From NCBI RefSeq assembly GCF_009914755.1, contig NC_060935.1: a stretch of 64,000 nucleotides of DNA. The stretch is one strand, 5' to 3'. The stretch is from the human T2T-CHM13v2.0 reference genome, Homo sapiens. This document shows, one piece after another, positions 13,917 through 31,263 of the stretch. Position numbers and translations under genes: made by a program. Within the stretch, counting starts at the first letter, position 1. Every line of letters starts with the position of its first letter. A model generated the notes under the pieces. It made no database searches. It saw only the letters and a program-made list of their open reading frames with translations, and was not told the DNA's origin.

Positions 13917-15602
13917 ATGTGTCTTGGGAGAGTCCTTCATAATAACACCTGAGAGGTGTCACCTTTCTTGACTTTTTCTGACCACGAAATGCACCTGCCA
14001 AGGATGGCAGACGTAGGGAACTGACCTCCTGGGCCCTCACGTGCCCAATTATCTTTGGCCCTCCGGACTGGAGCAGTTTGTAGACCTTGGAAGCAGGGCC
14101 CCAGCACTGACTGCTTGGCCTCAGGCCTCTGCCCCATCGGTGGTCAGGTGGCGGCCACGAGGGCGTGGGAGCTTGGCCATCCCTGCCTCCTGGAGTGGAC
14201 GAGGTTGGCGGCTGGTCAGCCTGCTCCTGCCCCACCCTTGCCTCATGGACCCTGGTAGCATCACTGGCTCAGCCTTGCTGGGCATGCACAGGCAGCAGCA
14301 CCCGCTCTGATCCAGGAGGCTTGCCCTGCTTTTGGCTAAGTTCTGGGTCCGGCCACTGCCACAGAAGGCTCAGTCCCCTGTGTGATCCTCCTGGCTGCTG
14401 CTGGGTGCCCATGGCGCCCCTGATGCCCTTCCCTTGACAGGGCTTGGGTTAGCATCAGGCCAGGACCCTCTGGGACTGGGACTTGTGCCCTGTCTGGGGT
14501 CCCTGTCCCACAGGTTGGGCCAGAGGCCACAGGGCATGCTGCTGGCTGGCCATGGCTGCAGGAACGTGACACTCACCCTTCCCTCTGGCAGCCTCCAAGT
14601 GATGAGTTTTCCAGTGGATATTAATTTCCTGAGGCCAGGAGCCATCTGGGGCTACAGGGCAGCCTGCCGTGTGCCATCCTGGCCCCTTCCACACCATGCT
14701 GGCCACTGCCTGTCATGGGGGTCGGAAGCAGGCGATCCCGTGCAGGAGGTGTCTCTGGACCTGCCTCTTCTCTTGCTCATCACAAGGCCAGGCCAAGCCT
14801 GGTGTCAGGACCCTGGTGGGGTTGCAGGGCCAGGCCTGTCCCCTGTGCCTGGGGTGTCCAGGGCACACATAGAGGAAATAGGGGCCCTGCATCCCGGCTC
14901 CTCAATGTACTGTAGAAATCATGGGCCCTCAACATTCAGGTCCGTGGGAGGCATCCACAGAGACTTCCAATGAAGGAACTGTTAGACAACTCCTGGTCTC
15001 TCCTGAGCTGGGGACAGGCCAGCCACACCCTGAGCCCCTGGGGACCCCCAGAGAGTGGCCCACTGTCTTGGGCTCTGAGGAAGTGCTCTCATTGTAGAGC
15101 ACGGGGGATGTTGTGGCCCACTCCTCTCAATTTTGCTGTGAACCTAAAACTGCTCTGAAAAAAAAGTCCATTAAAGGAACTAGCATGGGCTGATGGGGAG
15201 GGGCTCATTCACCCCTGAGTTGGACACCGTGTGGCTACGAATCCACCCTCAGACCACAGAGTGGATTTCGGCAGCAACACCACACCCTAGCCTCATCCTG
15301 AGCTCAAATTTAACTCAGATAGACCAGGCCCTTTTTCTATCGTTCTTAGCCACCATTAAACCAGGTCACTCGTTCTGTGTTTTTGCAATTGGCTTTTAAA
15401 CAAAAGAGCTGGGTTTGGTGTATGTTTCCTTGTCAAATATTTTTTTCCAATAACACAGGTGGAAGAAAACAGACAGGGCCTCTTTCTGGTCCAGCCATGG
15501 GGTGGAGGCCGTTTTTGACTTTCACCTTCCTCTGTGGGTCCAGCTCTCTCTTGCTTGTTGGCTCTGAGGATTATTTAGTTTTTCAACAGCTCAGTGACTT
15601 AA

Positions 15603-15890
<288 letters not shown>

Positions 15891-16159
15891 TGAATAGTGT
15901 CTAGTCAACCTTACTACTGAAACAGAAACTCAGAAGCAATTTCTGAAACTTCCGTGTTGTTGAGTTTTCACTTTCTTGTCGCAGTTCCGCCAGGCACTCA
16001 CTGCCTACCATCCTGTGAGACGGTGGCTTCCCGAGCAGCCTCCAGCGCTCTGCTGTTACAGACGCCTGGGTCTGGGGGCTCCAGCCTTGCAGCCCACCTC
16101 CTCCTCCGCCAGCTCCTGCCTTCCCTCCCCATGAGTCGAACATGCTGGACTTTGGTCTA

Positions 16160-16826
16160 GGCCCTCCAGCCTCCGGAACTGGGAGAAATGGTGTCTGTTG
16201 TTCCGTCTTCCAGGCTTACTCTGTGGGTTTTGTTCTGGCAGCCCCAGCTGACAGAGGCAGCAGGGAAGGGACAGGTGGGCACCTGAATCAGAAGTCTGTG
16301 TAGGGAGGTGTCACAAGGAGGCAGGAAATAGATGTCTGTAGGAAGCCTTCCAGGAGATGCTGAGGGATTTGGCGACTTGTGGGGGAGAGAAGCCCAAGGG
16401 GCCTCCCAATTCTGTATCCTGGAAGATGGGAAAGACGGAGACGCCCCAAGCCAAGTGGATGCCACGGCTGAGTTGTGCCCCCTGGTTCATATGTTGGAGT
16501 CCTCAACGCAGTATCTCAGAATGGCACCTTATTTGAAGATAGGTCTTCACAGGGGTGATTAGTTCAAACATGGACCTAATGGAGTAGGGTGGGCCCTAGT
16601 CTAATCTGTGTCCTTATGCAAAGAGATGAGGACGCAGACACACACAGAGGGATGAGTACGTGAGGATATAGGGATGGCGGCATCAGTAAGCCACGGAGGG
16701 AGGCCTCAGGAGGACCCGGCCCTGAGGCACCTCGATGGCGGATTCCGGACTCCAGACTGTGAGACAATCCACTCCTGTTGCTTAAGCCACACGGTTTGTG
16801 GAGCAGCCCTAGCAAACTCACACAGC
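16160..16826 (+). mobile_element. MLT1-type MaLR LTR fragments
   Basis: CCTTATTTGAAGATAGGTCTT, TGTGAGACAAT...TTAAGCCAC...GCAGCCCTAGCAAACT. Confidence 0.7.
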
Positions 16827-16948
16827 AGGGTACGGGGGGTTCCCAAATGCCTGGGAGTGCAACTCTGTGGAAAGTGTACATTTCTCTAATCACACAGAAG
16901 TTGAAACAAAAGAATCACAATGCAAACTCGTGGGAGGTGCAGATCGTA

Positions 16949-16954
16949 TTTATT
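16949..16954 (-). terminator. Polyadenylation signal, KRTAP5-3
   Basis: AATAAA about 570 nt after the stop, followed by GU/U-rich sequence on the minus strand. Confidence 0.75.
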
Positions 16955-17520
16955 TAGAAGATCTAGCCTAGGCACTTACAAGGCGAAGCCCTGGGGAAAG
17001 AAACAGGGCCAGGTCGGAGGTAGAAGAGGAGACTGGGCGCCCCTCCTCCTCAGGAGAGGATCCTGGGGTCTCCAATAATTCCGAGTCCTCTAGGTCAACT
17101 CCAAAAGCAATCGGAGCGGTGGCAGCTCAGGCAGGGTGAAGACGAAGCGGGGAGGAGCCAGGAGGTTGCGGGGACCGGGGAGAGGCGGCAGCAGGTCGGA
17201 GGATTCCAGTGTCAGCGTGTTTCCAGCAGGCTCACAGGAGGGGCCCAGGGATGTGGGATCTTGAAGCCCTGAGAAGGTTGAAGTGGTGGGGTCAGGAAAG
17301 GAAGACGGGATTCCGGGAGGGTTGATGGGCAGGACCCAGCATGCCAGAAGCCCTCATGACCTCAGAGGCTGAGCGGCTGAGTACTGAGCCCTGGACGCTA
17401 GGCTGCCTTAGTCCAGAGGAGGACAGATTCAGAGACGTGCTTCAGGAATTCAGGACACAGCTGCAGTCATTCCTGGAGAGCCCGGATCTGTAGGACCCAC
17501 TGAGGTTTGTGGGCAGAGCC

Positions 17521-18237
17521 TCAGATCTTGCACTGGCAGCAAATTGGGACACAGCAGCTGGACTGGGAGGAGCAGGGCTTGCAGCAACTGGACTGGCAGC
17601 AGGATGACCCACAACCTGAGGAGCAGCAGCAGGGCTTACAGCAGCTGGACTGGGAACAGCAGGGTTTGCAGCAGCTGGACTGGCAGCAGGATGACCCACA
17701 GCCTGAGGAGCAGCAGCAGGGCTTACAGCAGCTGGACTGGGAACAGCAGGGCTTACAGCAGCTGGACTGGGAGCAGCTGGGCTTGCAGCAGCTGGACTGG
17801 CAGCAGGATGACCCACAGCCTGAGGAGCAGCAGCAGGGCTTATAGCAGCTGCACTGGGAGCAGCCACAAGAACCGCAGCCCCCCTTGGAGCCCCCACGAA
17901 ATCCACAGACCCCCTTGGAACCCCCACAGGAGCCACAGCTGGAGGAGCAGCAGACGGGCACACAGCAGCTGGAGCCACAGCCCCCCTTGGAGCCTCCACA
18001 GGAGCCACAGCCCCCCTTGCAGCCCCCACAAGAGCCACAGACCCCCTTGGAGCCCCCACAGGAGCCACAGCTGGAGCAGGAACAGGCTGGCACACAGCAG
18101 CACACGGGCTTGCAGCAGCAGACAGGTACACAGCAGCCGGAGCCACAGCCCCCATAGCCGGAGCCACAGCCCCCACAGCTGGAGCCACAGCCCCCACAGC
18201 TGGAGCCACAGCCTCCAGAGCAGCCAGAGCAGCCCAT
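17521..18237 (-). CDS. KRTAP5-3: Keratin-associated protein 5-3, 238 aa
   Basis: [10 protein letters not shown]...CCQCKI with the same repeat classes. TATA at 18322-18327, AATAAA at 16949-16954. Length and order match my recall of KRTAP5-3. Confidence 0.93.
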   Translation of the reverse strand: MGCSGCSGGCGSSCGGCGSSCGGCGSGYGGCGSGCCVPVCCCKPVCCCVPACSCSSCGSCGGSKGVCGSCGGCKGGCGSCGGSKGGCGSSCCVPVCCSSSCGSCGGSKGVCGFRGGSKGGCGSCGCSQCSCYKPCCCSSGCGSSCCQSSCCKPSCSQSSCCKPCCSQSSCCKPCCCSSGCGSSCCQSSCCKPCCSQSSCCKPCCCSSGCGSSCCQSSCCKPCSSQSSCCVPICCQCKI

Positions 18238-18480
18238 GGTTCTGGTGGGTTGAGGGTGGAGCAGGTAGAGGAGCAGGTGAGAGGGAGGTGTGCAGGTGTG
18301 GAGTTCTCTGAGCCCGGGCTCTTTATATTCCTGCCCAGGTGTTTATACTGAACACGTGAATACTTCTGTTGTTGTTTCTGCTATTTCACATGCACAAGTG
18401 TTATTTTTAATCTCTCCACAATCCCATGAGCCACCATCAGCTCAAGCCAAGCTGTCCTTTCCTTGGTTTCTAAATTTGGC
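18238..18480 (-). promoter_or_regulatory. KRTAP5-3 proximal promoter and 5' leader
   Basis: TATAAA (rc of 18322-18327); conserved leader; TTTCTAAAT at 18467-18475. Confidence 0.85.
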
Positions 18481-19093
18481 CTCTTCCTCATAGGTGTTTC
18501 CCTTTGTTAGAAGACACTGGGCTCCCTCTCCAGTGGGTGTCCCAGGAGCCTGGGAGGCGGTGGTTGCTTGGCCGAAGGGTGGACCATTGTCCTTGGTGCT
18601 CAGGGCTCTCCTCAGCGATGCAGACCCTCCACCCCCTGGCATTGGTGTTTATATCAAGGATGGTCATTTGGTAAAAAATAAAATAAAATAAAAATTAAAA
18701 AAATAAGCTGAAAGAAAGGCTGTCTATAGGTTCCACCGCTTAAAAACTTCAAGTATAAATATTTTGTCAAATCTGTAAAACAAAGTTTTGAAGAGCATGG
18801 ATTTGAGTGTGGCCCTGGTTCTCCTTTGTCTTTCTTACCTCTTCCTCCTGCGGTTTGGCTCACTCCTCCAGACACGGATTAGACCCACGTTCCCTTCAGG
18901 CAAGCTGGGCTCACAGAGGGAACAGAGGAACAGGACCCTTTCTAATGCTTTTGAGTTTTCCTCAATTAATTCTTTGTAAAAATTCTACAAATCAATGGAT
19001 ATTCTTCAAGTTTATTCTTCTTGAAGGCTACAAAAATTTTGATTAGCCAACCTCTCTAACACACTTTTATTTTCTAAAAGATTAATTTTAATA

Positions 19094-19863
<770 letters not shown>

Positions 19864-20083
19864 TAAACATGTACTCGTGTGCCCATCACTCCAACCATGA
19901 CCAACTGCTTCACCCCCAGAAGGTTCCCTTTCGCTGCCTTCCCTTCCTGCCCATCGCTCCAGGCACAGCTCTGCTGACCAGTTGTGCCTGTTGTTGAATG
20001 TTGCAAAAATGAAATCATTAAAAATGTACTCTGGTTTCTTTCCCTCACGATGTTATTCTGTGTGTCAATGATTTGCTCTTCTT

Positions 20084-20258
20084 CTTTTTTTTTTTTTTTT
20101 TTTTTTTTTGAGACAGGGTCTTGCTCTGTCACCCAGGCTGGAGTGCAGAGTGGTGCGCTCATGGCTCACTGCAGCCTCGACCTCCTGGGCTCAAGCGATC
20201 CACCTGCCCCAGCCTCCCAATGTGCTGGGATTACAGGCATGAGCCACCACGCCTGGCC
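20084..20258 (-). mobile_element. Free Alu monomer (FRAM/FAM-like)
   Basis: Single arm with a long T-tract; TTCTTCTTTT at both flanks. Confidence 0.8.
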
Positions 20259-20292
20259 TTCTTCTTCTTTTGTAATCACCGCATAGTGTTTC

Positions 20293-20741
20293 TGTAGCAG
20301 GGCGAGCCGCAGACAAGAACCCCTCAGACACTGAATTGTAGAAGGAAAGGGCTTTATTCAGCTGGGAGCATTGGCAGACTCAGGTCTCCAAAAACCAAGC
20401 TCCCCAAGTGAGCAATTCCTGTCCCTTTTAAGGGCTTACAACTCTAAGGGGGTCTGTGTGAGAGGGTCGTGATCGATTGAGCAAGCAGGGGGTACGTGAC
20501 TGGGGGCTGCATGCACCGGCAATCAGAACGGAACAGGACAGGACAGGGATTTTCACAATGCTTTTCCATACAATGTCTGGAATCTATAGATAATATAACC
20601 GATTAGGTCAGGGGTCAATCTTTAACTACCAGGCCCAGGGTGTGGCACCGGGCTGTCTGCCTGTGGATTTAGTTTTTACTTCTTTTTTCTTTGGAGACAG
20701 AAATTGGGCATAAGAAAATATGAGGGGTGGTGCCCCCCTTA
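20293..20741 (-). mobile_element. Solo LTR2-family LTR (HERV-E/Harlequin group)
   Basis: The reverse complement reads TAAGGG...ACCACCCCTCATATT...GCTACA, matching the recalled LTR2 consensus; AATAAA on the minus strand at about 20353. Confidence 0.85.
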
Positions 20742-21679
20742 TTCCATGTAAAAATATTCTCCACTGCGTTCCCCCGTTCTCACGTTCATAGATATTTGAA
20801 TCTTTCACAGTTTGGGGCGATGATGAATAACACATAATCATGCCTTCCAGTCCTTCCGTATTCATGTTTTTAGTTTTAATTTTTTGGTCAAATATTGAGG
20901 ACTGGCCTTGCTAGACCATAGAGTAGTGTATGCTTAACTTGCTAAGAAACAGACAGCTTTCCAAATGCTCATGCTGCTTTCCCCCTCCCCAGCAATGCCT
21001 GAGAGTGTCCGCTGCCCCAGGCCTGTCAGTACCAGCCAGCGGCTTTTCAAATGTGAGGCATCGGATGGGTGTAAAATCGCATCTCGTGTGCATTTTGACC
21101 TGTGTTTCTCTGATGACTAATGTTCGCAAGGATTCTTTCTTGCACTTATTGGACATTTGCACATCTTTCTTGTTAAAAAGTTTTGCTAAAATTGTTTGCC
21201 CATTTTATTGTGATTTTTTTTGTCTTTTTGTTATTGAGTTGTTGGAACTCTTCATAAATTCTATATCAAGAATGAATATGTGAAGTGCTTTGCCATATGT
21301 ACGTATATATATTTACATATATATTTCATATACATGTGTATATGTGTGTATATAATATATATATGTAGAATATATATATTGTATATAATTTTCTAGTATT
21401 TGACTTGCCTTATTGTTATCTGAACTTTTTATATGGAAATGTTTTTGATTTTGAAGTCCACGTTAACATTTGTTTTGACAGCTAGTGCTTTCTTGTGACC
21501 TCTTTGAAAACCCTTTTTCCTAGCATTTCCTTTAGAAGCATTAGAGTTTTAGTTTCTATATTTAGTTCTATGATGGATCTCAAGCTAATTTTTGCGTGTA
21601 ATGTGAGGTAGGAGTTGAGATCCATTTTTTCACATTTTCATCCAATTGTTTCAGCAGCATTTGATAAAAAGACCTTCCT

Positions 21680-21990
21680 GGCCAGGCGCAGTGGCTCACG
21701 CCTGGAATCCCAGCACTTTGGGAGGCCAAGGAGGGCAGATCACCTGAGGTCAGGAGTGCAAGACCAGCCTGGCCAACATGGCAAAACCCTGTCTCTACCA
21801 AAAATACAAAAATTAGCCAGACATGGTGGGGGGCGCCTGTAATCCCAGCTACTCAGGGGACTGAGGCAGGAGAATCGCTTTAACCCGGGAGGTAGAGGCT
21901 GCGGTGAGCCGAGACTGCAGCACTGCGCTCCAGCCTGGGTGACAGAGTGAGACTCTGTCTCGATATAAACAAACAAACAAACAAACAAAC
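21680..21990 (+). mobile_element. AluSx-type SINE with (AAAC)n tail
   Basis: Full dimer embedded in old L1 sequence. Confidence 0.9.
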
Positions 21991-22438
21991 CGTGCTTATC
22001 CCACTGAAATCACTGGTGTTTTTAATGAGAATCAGCCGACACGATGGCGAGTTTCTTCCTGTGTCCCGCTCCGCAGGTCTGTATGCCGCTTCCTAATGCA
22101 AACACAGCGTCACTGTGACATTATGGGAGGTTTTGAAGTTAAGTATTGTGAGACTCCAACTTCATTCTTCTTTTTAAAGATTGTTTTGTTTGTTTCCAAT
22201 TCCTTTACTTCTCCAGCTAAATTTTAGAACCAACTTGATCATCTCAAATACCAAAAAACCCGTTGCTGTTGCAATAGACAGCTGAGGCACGGGAAAGACC
22301 CTGGAGAGAGCCCCTGTGCCATGTGGGCAATTGGAGAAGGCTGAAGGCTGAAGCTGGAGTTCTAAGACTGGGAAATGCCTGCTCACTCCAGCCCCCACCC
22401 CCATCACCAGACTATGGAGCCCGTGGGAACAAAGGTAA

Positions 22439-22783
<345 letters not shown>

Positions 22784-22909
22784 TGTCTTTCCTCTTTTAT
22801 AAAATGCCTGCTGATGTCTATGAGTTGGTTCCTCTGTTTAGTTGTTTTCTTTGCTTGCTAATTGGTGTGAGCTCTTTGGGTTTTCAAATGCTGAGCCACG
22901 GTCAGCTTT

Positions 22910-23056
22910 ATTTTATTTTATTTTATTTTATTTTATTATTATTATACTTTAAGTTTTAGGGTACATGTGCACAACGGGCAGGTTTGTTACATATGTATCC
23001 ATGTGCCATGTTGGTGTGCTGCTCCCATTACTCGTCATTTACTCAGCAAACTATCG
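22910..23056 (-). mobile_element. Very short young L1PA 3' end with an inverted 5' piece
   Basis: TATACTTTAAGTTTTAGGGTACATGTGCAC..., then sense-strand CTCAGCAAACTATCG; TSD GGTCAGCTTT. Confidence 0.88.
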
Positions 23057-23297
23057 TGTGGTCAGCTTTTATGTTGCAAGATCCTCCTTGGTTCATCTTT
23101 TCATTCTCGCGAGGCCTTCCCTTGTTAAATGAGAATCCTTGAGTGTTTAATTTTAACTTATCAATTCACCCACCTCTTCCTTTAGAATTAGAGTATTTGG
23201 GGCCTTATTTAGGAAATACTTCTCTGAGATCATGATATATTTTTCTGTAAAAGTTGAAAACTTTTGTCATCTGTTTTAAAATCTTGAATCAGGTATA

Positions 23298-24229
23298 TGT
23301 GATGGTTAATTTTATGTGTCAATTTGGCTGGATCCCAGGGTGCCCGGATATTTGGCTGAATGTTATTTCTTGGTGGTCGGTGAGGGCAGTTTCTGGATGA
23401 GACCAGCATTGGGATCAGTGGACTCAGGAAAGCAGACGCCCTCCCCAATGTGGGTGGCTTCCTCTGATCCACTGAGGGCCCGAATAGATCAAAACGTGGA
23501 GGAAGTCCCTTTCTGCCTGACCGCTCCAGCTGGCACATCGGTCTCCTGCCCTCGGACTTACACTCACACCGTCAGCTCCCTGGTTCTCGGGCCTTTGGAC
23601 TTGAACAGAATGACCCCGCCGGCTTTCCTAGGTCTTCAGCTTACAGACAGCAGATCATGGAGCTGCTCAGCCTCCAGAATCGCATGGGCCAATTCTTCAT
23701 AATCATCTGTGTATCTGTGTATCTCTCTCTGTGTGTATGTATGTATGTATGTATGTATGTATGTATGTATCTATCTATCTATCTATCTATCTATGTAACT
23801 ATGTAGCTATGTATCTATTTATCTATGCATGTATCTATCATCTATGTATCTATATATGTATCTATCCATCTATGTATCTATCTTTGTATCTATGTATCCA
23901 TGTATCTATCTGTGTATCTATGTAAGTATGTATCTATCTATGTAGCTATCTAACTATGTATCTGTCTATGTAGCTATCTATCTACCTATCATCTATTTAT
24001 TTATGTATGTATCTACCTATGTATGTATCTATGTGTCTATGTATCTATCATCTATGTATCTCTATATATATCCATCTATGTATCTATATGTCTATTATCT
24101 ATCTTTGTATCTATCTATCCATTTATGTATCTATTATCTATGTATGTATGCATCTATCTATCTATCTAATCTACCTATGTACCTAATCTCCCACTGGTTC
24201 TGTGTCTCTGGAGAACCCTGATTAATGCA
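23298..24229 (+). mobile_element. MLT2 (ERVL) solo LTR containing an expanded (TATC/TATG)n tract at about 23705-24185
   Basis: TGTGATGGTTAATTTTATGTGTCAA...TCTGGAGAACCCTGATTAATGCA; perfect 5-bp TSD GTATA. Confidence 0.92.
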
Positions 24230-24508
24230 GTATAGATTTTTGTGTATTCGTGTGGAAACTGCCTTTCTCGGCATGTTTTCTTTTCCAGCCCCTCGGTCAC
24301 CCAGTGTCAGTCAGGATGGCCTGGGTTGTGCTGCAGCAACAAACCACACCAAGATCTCAGTAGCTGAGTCAACCCACACCTCCCACCACCACAAGACACC
24401 TGGGGCTCTGCCTCTTATTCCATAACCCAGGCAGCCAGTTGCTGTGACAGAGGAAAAGAAAAATATACTATTCATAATAGAATTCAGCAGTATATTAAAA
24501 AGAATTTT

Positions 24509-25840
<1,332 letters not shown>

Positions 25841-25989
25841 AAAAAGAGTGCATACCTCACAGATACTCAGGGAGTCATGTTTATAAAGTGTGTGGGAGAG
25901 TAGCTGGAATGCACGAGGTGCTGTCAATATCGGGTGGTGGCAGTGAAGGCGGTCATTGGATAAATCACCAATTAGGCAATTGGCGAATC

Positions 25990-26420
25990 AGATTCCAAAT
26001 ACTTTTCCAAGGTAGAACCTTGGAGATTTGCTGTTGGATTGGATGTGGAGGGTGGAAGAGGAGTCAAGAGGATGCCCAGGCTTCTATCCTGAGCCCTGGG
26101 AAGGATGGAGCTGCTGTGAACTACAATGGGGAAGGCTGGGAAGGCGTTGGTTCCAGGGGAAGGAGGAGGAGTTCAGTCCGGGATGTGCTTAGTTTGAAAG
26201 GCCAGATGTCCATGAGAAGCAGGCACCTGGGCCTGTGAGTGTGGAACCTAGAGGGGAAGGTGTTGTGAGAGACATGGAGGAGGTCGCAGGTGAGATAGAG
26301 ACCCCCCGGCTGAACCTGGCACCGCCCAGTGCTCAGGGCCTGGAGGAGGAGAATTAAGCAATGGAGACTGAGGTGGAGTGGCTGGTGGCACAGAAAGGAA
26401 GCCAGGGCTCTGCACTGGGC
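25990..26420 (-). mobile_element. L2-like fragment
   Basis: Purine-rich antisense L2 motifs (AGGATGGAGCTGC, GAGTTCAGT...TAGTTTGA). Confidence 0.55.
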
Positions 26421-26432
26421 TGGCTCTGTCCC

Positions 26433-26898
26433 TACATAGATAGATAGATAGATAGATAGGTACATAGATACATAGATACACACATGGATACATACATGGA
26501 TACATAGATACGTAGCTAGCTAGCTAGATACAGACATACATACATACACACATACATACATAGATGGATACATAGATACATAGATAGATACATACATACA
26601 TAGATGGATACATAGATAGGTACTTACATAAATACATAGATGGATATAGAGATACGTAGATGATCGATAGATACATAAATAGATACATAGATACATACGT
26701 ACATGCATACATAGATGGATACATAGATACATAGATAGGTACTTACATACTTACATAGATGGATACAGAGATACCTAGATGATCGATAGATACATAGATA
26801 AATAGATACATAGATAGATACATAGATGATTCTGAAGAATTGGACCCTGCAATTATGGAAGTTGAGCAGCTCCACAATCTGCTGTCTGTAAGCTGAAG
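26433..26898 (-). repeat. (GATA/CATA)n tract plus an MLT2 segment, inverted relative to 23634-24185
   Basis: The reverse complement reads CTTCAGCTTACAGACAGCAGAT..GGAGCTGCTCA...AATCATCT, then TATC repeats. Confidence 0.9.
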
Positions 26899-27069
26899 GT
26901 GTCCCCTGCTTGTTTCCAGACTGAGTCTGGTTCCCCGATCACTCTGACCAGAGATTCATGCTAAGATGCTCCCTCGGTGACCACTCCACAACCAGCCAAC
27001 ATCTCTAGGCTCCATACAGGGTCTCCCTGTGCTCATTGTAAATCATCAGGCCTTCAAAATATTCACTAG

Positions 27070-27808
<739 letters not shown>

Positions 27809-28786
27809 TAACAATATCACTTATTCCCACACACCCCCTCCCAAATGTCTTTCATGTCTTTGCAGAACCAGCTCTCTTAAATACATTTTCCACAGTCATA
27901 TTTACGATGCAGATTTTAAGTAAAATTGCAATGCTTGCAAGAAAAGAAACGTAGGATTCTGTGATGTCACTGAAAGTGACATTGGAGAACATCTGCTGGG
28001 AGCCAGGCAAGGCCACCACGGTGAAGATCAGGCGGTTCACCCTGAAAGAGAAGCTGGTCAAGGAGGCAAGATAGAGGCTTCCCAATGGGGTGAGTTGACC
28101 TCAAAGAGAGGCGTCCGTGAAGGATGAGAAGGAGCTCAGTTGTTTTTGCTACGCGACTCCCTTCAGCGTCATTCTGTCACGGCCAACTGTGAAATGAAGG
28201 ATGTTGCAGCAGGCAATCCTATGATTTTATCAAAAAATTATGCATAAAATGTCCAACACGTGATTTTCTCTTTGTTGATTTCATGGAGAGTTACAACTAT
28301 GTCTTAAATCTTGCTAACAATCATGTGACATCTGTTCATTATTAAGGAAGGTTTTGGGTTTCTTTCTCTTTCTCTTCTACCCCCACACCACAAGCACAGA
28401 CAGCATTGGTTCTGTTGGGCCTGTTTCCAACGAATGGCTGGCGGCAGGCTCTTCTCTGGTGCCCATTACCGTGGTAGTGAGGCCATCTTTGATCTGCAGG
28501 TCACTGGGTCCTGCCTGGGCCAAACACCTCCCCCTCTTCCCTGCAGAAACCTCTTCATCACACAGCAGGACATGAATTTACCCACAGGAGCCACAGGCCA
28601 AGCAAAGAGAACGCCAAGTGAGCCATGGGGGGAGAAGTTTCCGGCGTCTTCTTCTGGACCCACTGACCCCACAGCAGCCCCTCCTGCCCCACTGGCCAGG
28701 CTGGAGGCAGCTACCAACTCCCTACCTCAGTGTGGTCTGTTCTCATGGAACCTCATCAAAGTGTACCCTTAAAAAGGGTTCCTTTT

Positions 28787-29102
<316 letters not shown>

Positions 29103-30598
29103 TCATTTGAGCTTCAATTGTTCTTTGCTGCTCAAAAGCCTTCTAAGTCTTACCATTTACCAGGCAGAACTGAGAACTCTGTAGCTCCCCAGGTTTCTCC
29201 AGGCTTTCTAGAACTTTCCTCCTGGCTGGCAAATCAGCCGGTTCTTTCGAGCTCACCCTGTTCTTGTAATGCTTTGATAAATGCAGCCACAACGACCCAC
29301 GTGGGAGTGGCATTGTGTTTTCTGAACTCTTCCCTCAGGGATACACGATCTGGGACAGTCTTACCAAACACATAATAACTACCTTTCTCACCTCTAATAA
29401 CTTTCCTTTCCACCCACCCTCTGACCAATAAACCAGGCCCACAATGCTATGTTTTTGTTCTGGTAGGTTTCTGGGTCAACCAGGATAGACCAATTACGCT
29501 GCTCACACGCGCCACCCCCACGTTTCAGTGACTTCACACGACACAGGCTTACTTCCTGTTCATATCCCAGGCCACTGCACGTCAGCTGGTGACTCTGCTC
29601 TGTGCTTCGTCACTCTGGGACTCAGTCGGAAGCAGCAGCCACTGCTTGGAATGTTGGTGATCATGGTGGGAGAAGAAACAGAGAATGCAGAAGACTGCAG
29701 CAGGTGCTTCAAACTTCTTCCCACTGACGCAAGCAAATCACATGGCCACACCTGACTTAGAGAGGGCTCATGGAAGGGCCACCCTACCACCTGCCATCCA
29801 ACCTGTTCCCAGAAGGAGAGGAGAACCAGGATGCCTACAAATAGCCCTAATTACCACCCCATTCTGGGCTCTGTGTGGCAATGCTGCCAGTCCTATAGAT
29901 AGGTTTTTGCCTAAATGAGCTTAAGCTTTTTTTTTTTTTTTACTCCAACATATGCATTTAAGGCTATAAATTTTTCTCTAAGCACTGATTTGGCTGCATG
30001 CAGTAAATTTGATAGCCCCATTATTTCATTAGGGGTTACAAAATGGTTAGCTTCTAATTCTACGATTTCTTCTTTATTTATAAACTGGAATACTTCCTCT
30101 AATTTTTTGGTTACCGTAAGATAGAGTTTCTCTATCAGAGATAGAATAAGTGCCTGATTATTTTCCTTTATATAGTCATCTTCGAAATAATGACTTGATT
30201 CCTAGAATCCTCTAAAGGCAACTAAATTTTACAGTTTGCATAGTATCTCTATTATTATTTGTGTATGTATGTGTGTGTGTATGATTACTCACTCCTAGTT
30301 TAAACATATTTGATGTGTATCAGTCCAGTTAAGAAATTGGTGTTCAGATTGTTTCAAGTCTGTCTATACAGAGTTTCTCCAGGTTTGACTCTTACCTTTT
30401 TTTTTTTCTTTTTTTGAGACGGACGAGAGGCAGCGGAGACAGCCAGCCCCATCCTAGCACCTTCCAGCAACATCACCATCAGACTCACGGAGTCCGAAAT
30501 ATAACAAGAATAAGAAAACAATAGCCATAGCCATAGTAATGACACCGAACAACAGAGAAATCAGCAAGATATGTGTTTCAGTTTGTCGGCATGGTATT

Positions 30599-30604
30599 TT
30601 TATT
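30599..30604 (-). terminator. Probable polyadenylation signal, KRTAP5-4
   Basis: First AATAAA I see on the minus strand after the stop; it lies just beyond an inserted Alu. Confidence 0.6.
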
Positions 30605-30624
30605 AGTTTGCAACTTTCTGTTTA

Positions 30625-30939
<315 letters not shown>

Positions 30940-31263
30940 TTATGCCCAGCTGCTCCAGCTGGAAAAGACAGGACTGCAAGTGGGTTCAGGAGCTCAGGCC
31001 TCTGAAAAGATGAGCAAAGGCGAGGCTAGTGGGTGAGGGGTGATTCAGCTGCAATTGCAGTTGACTTGGGGAGAGAATTTGTTAGGAGAGACAATGGACA
31101 TTAATTAGGGTGGACTCTTCTTAGGAAAAGGCAGCCAGATATGGCATCGTTCTACAGCAGGGAATGGACCCTGAGCAATGATTTGGGGCTCAACAATGAA
31201 GGACAGGTCACAGCTTTGGAAGACAGGATTAGCAGGACTCACATGAGGCCTGAGTCCAGAGCC

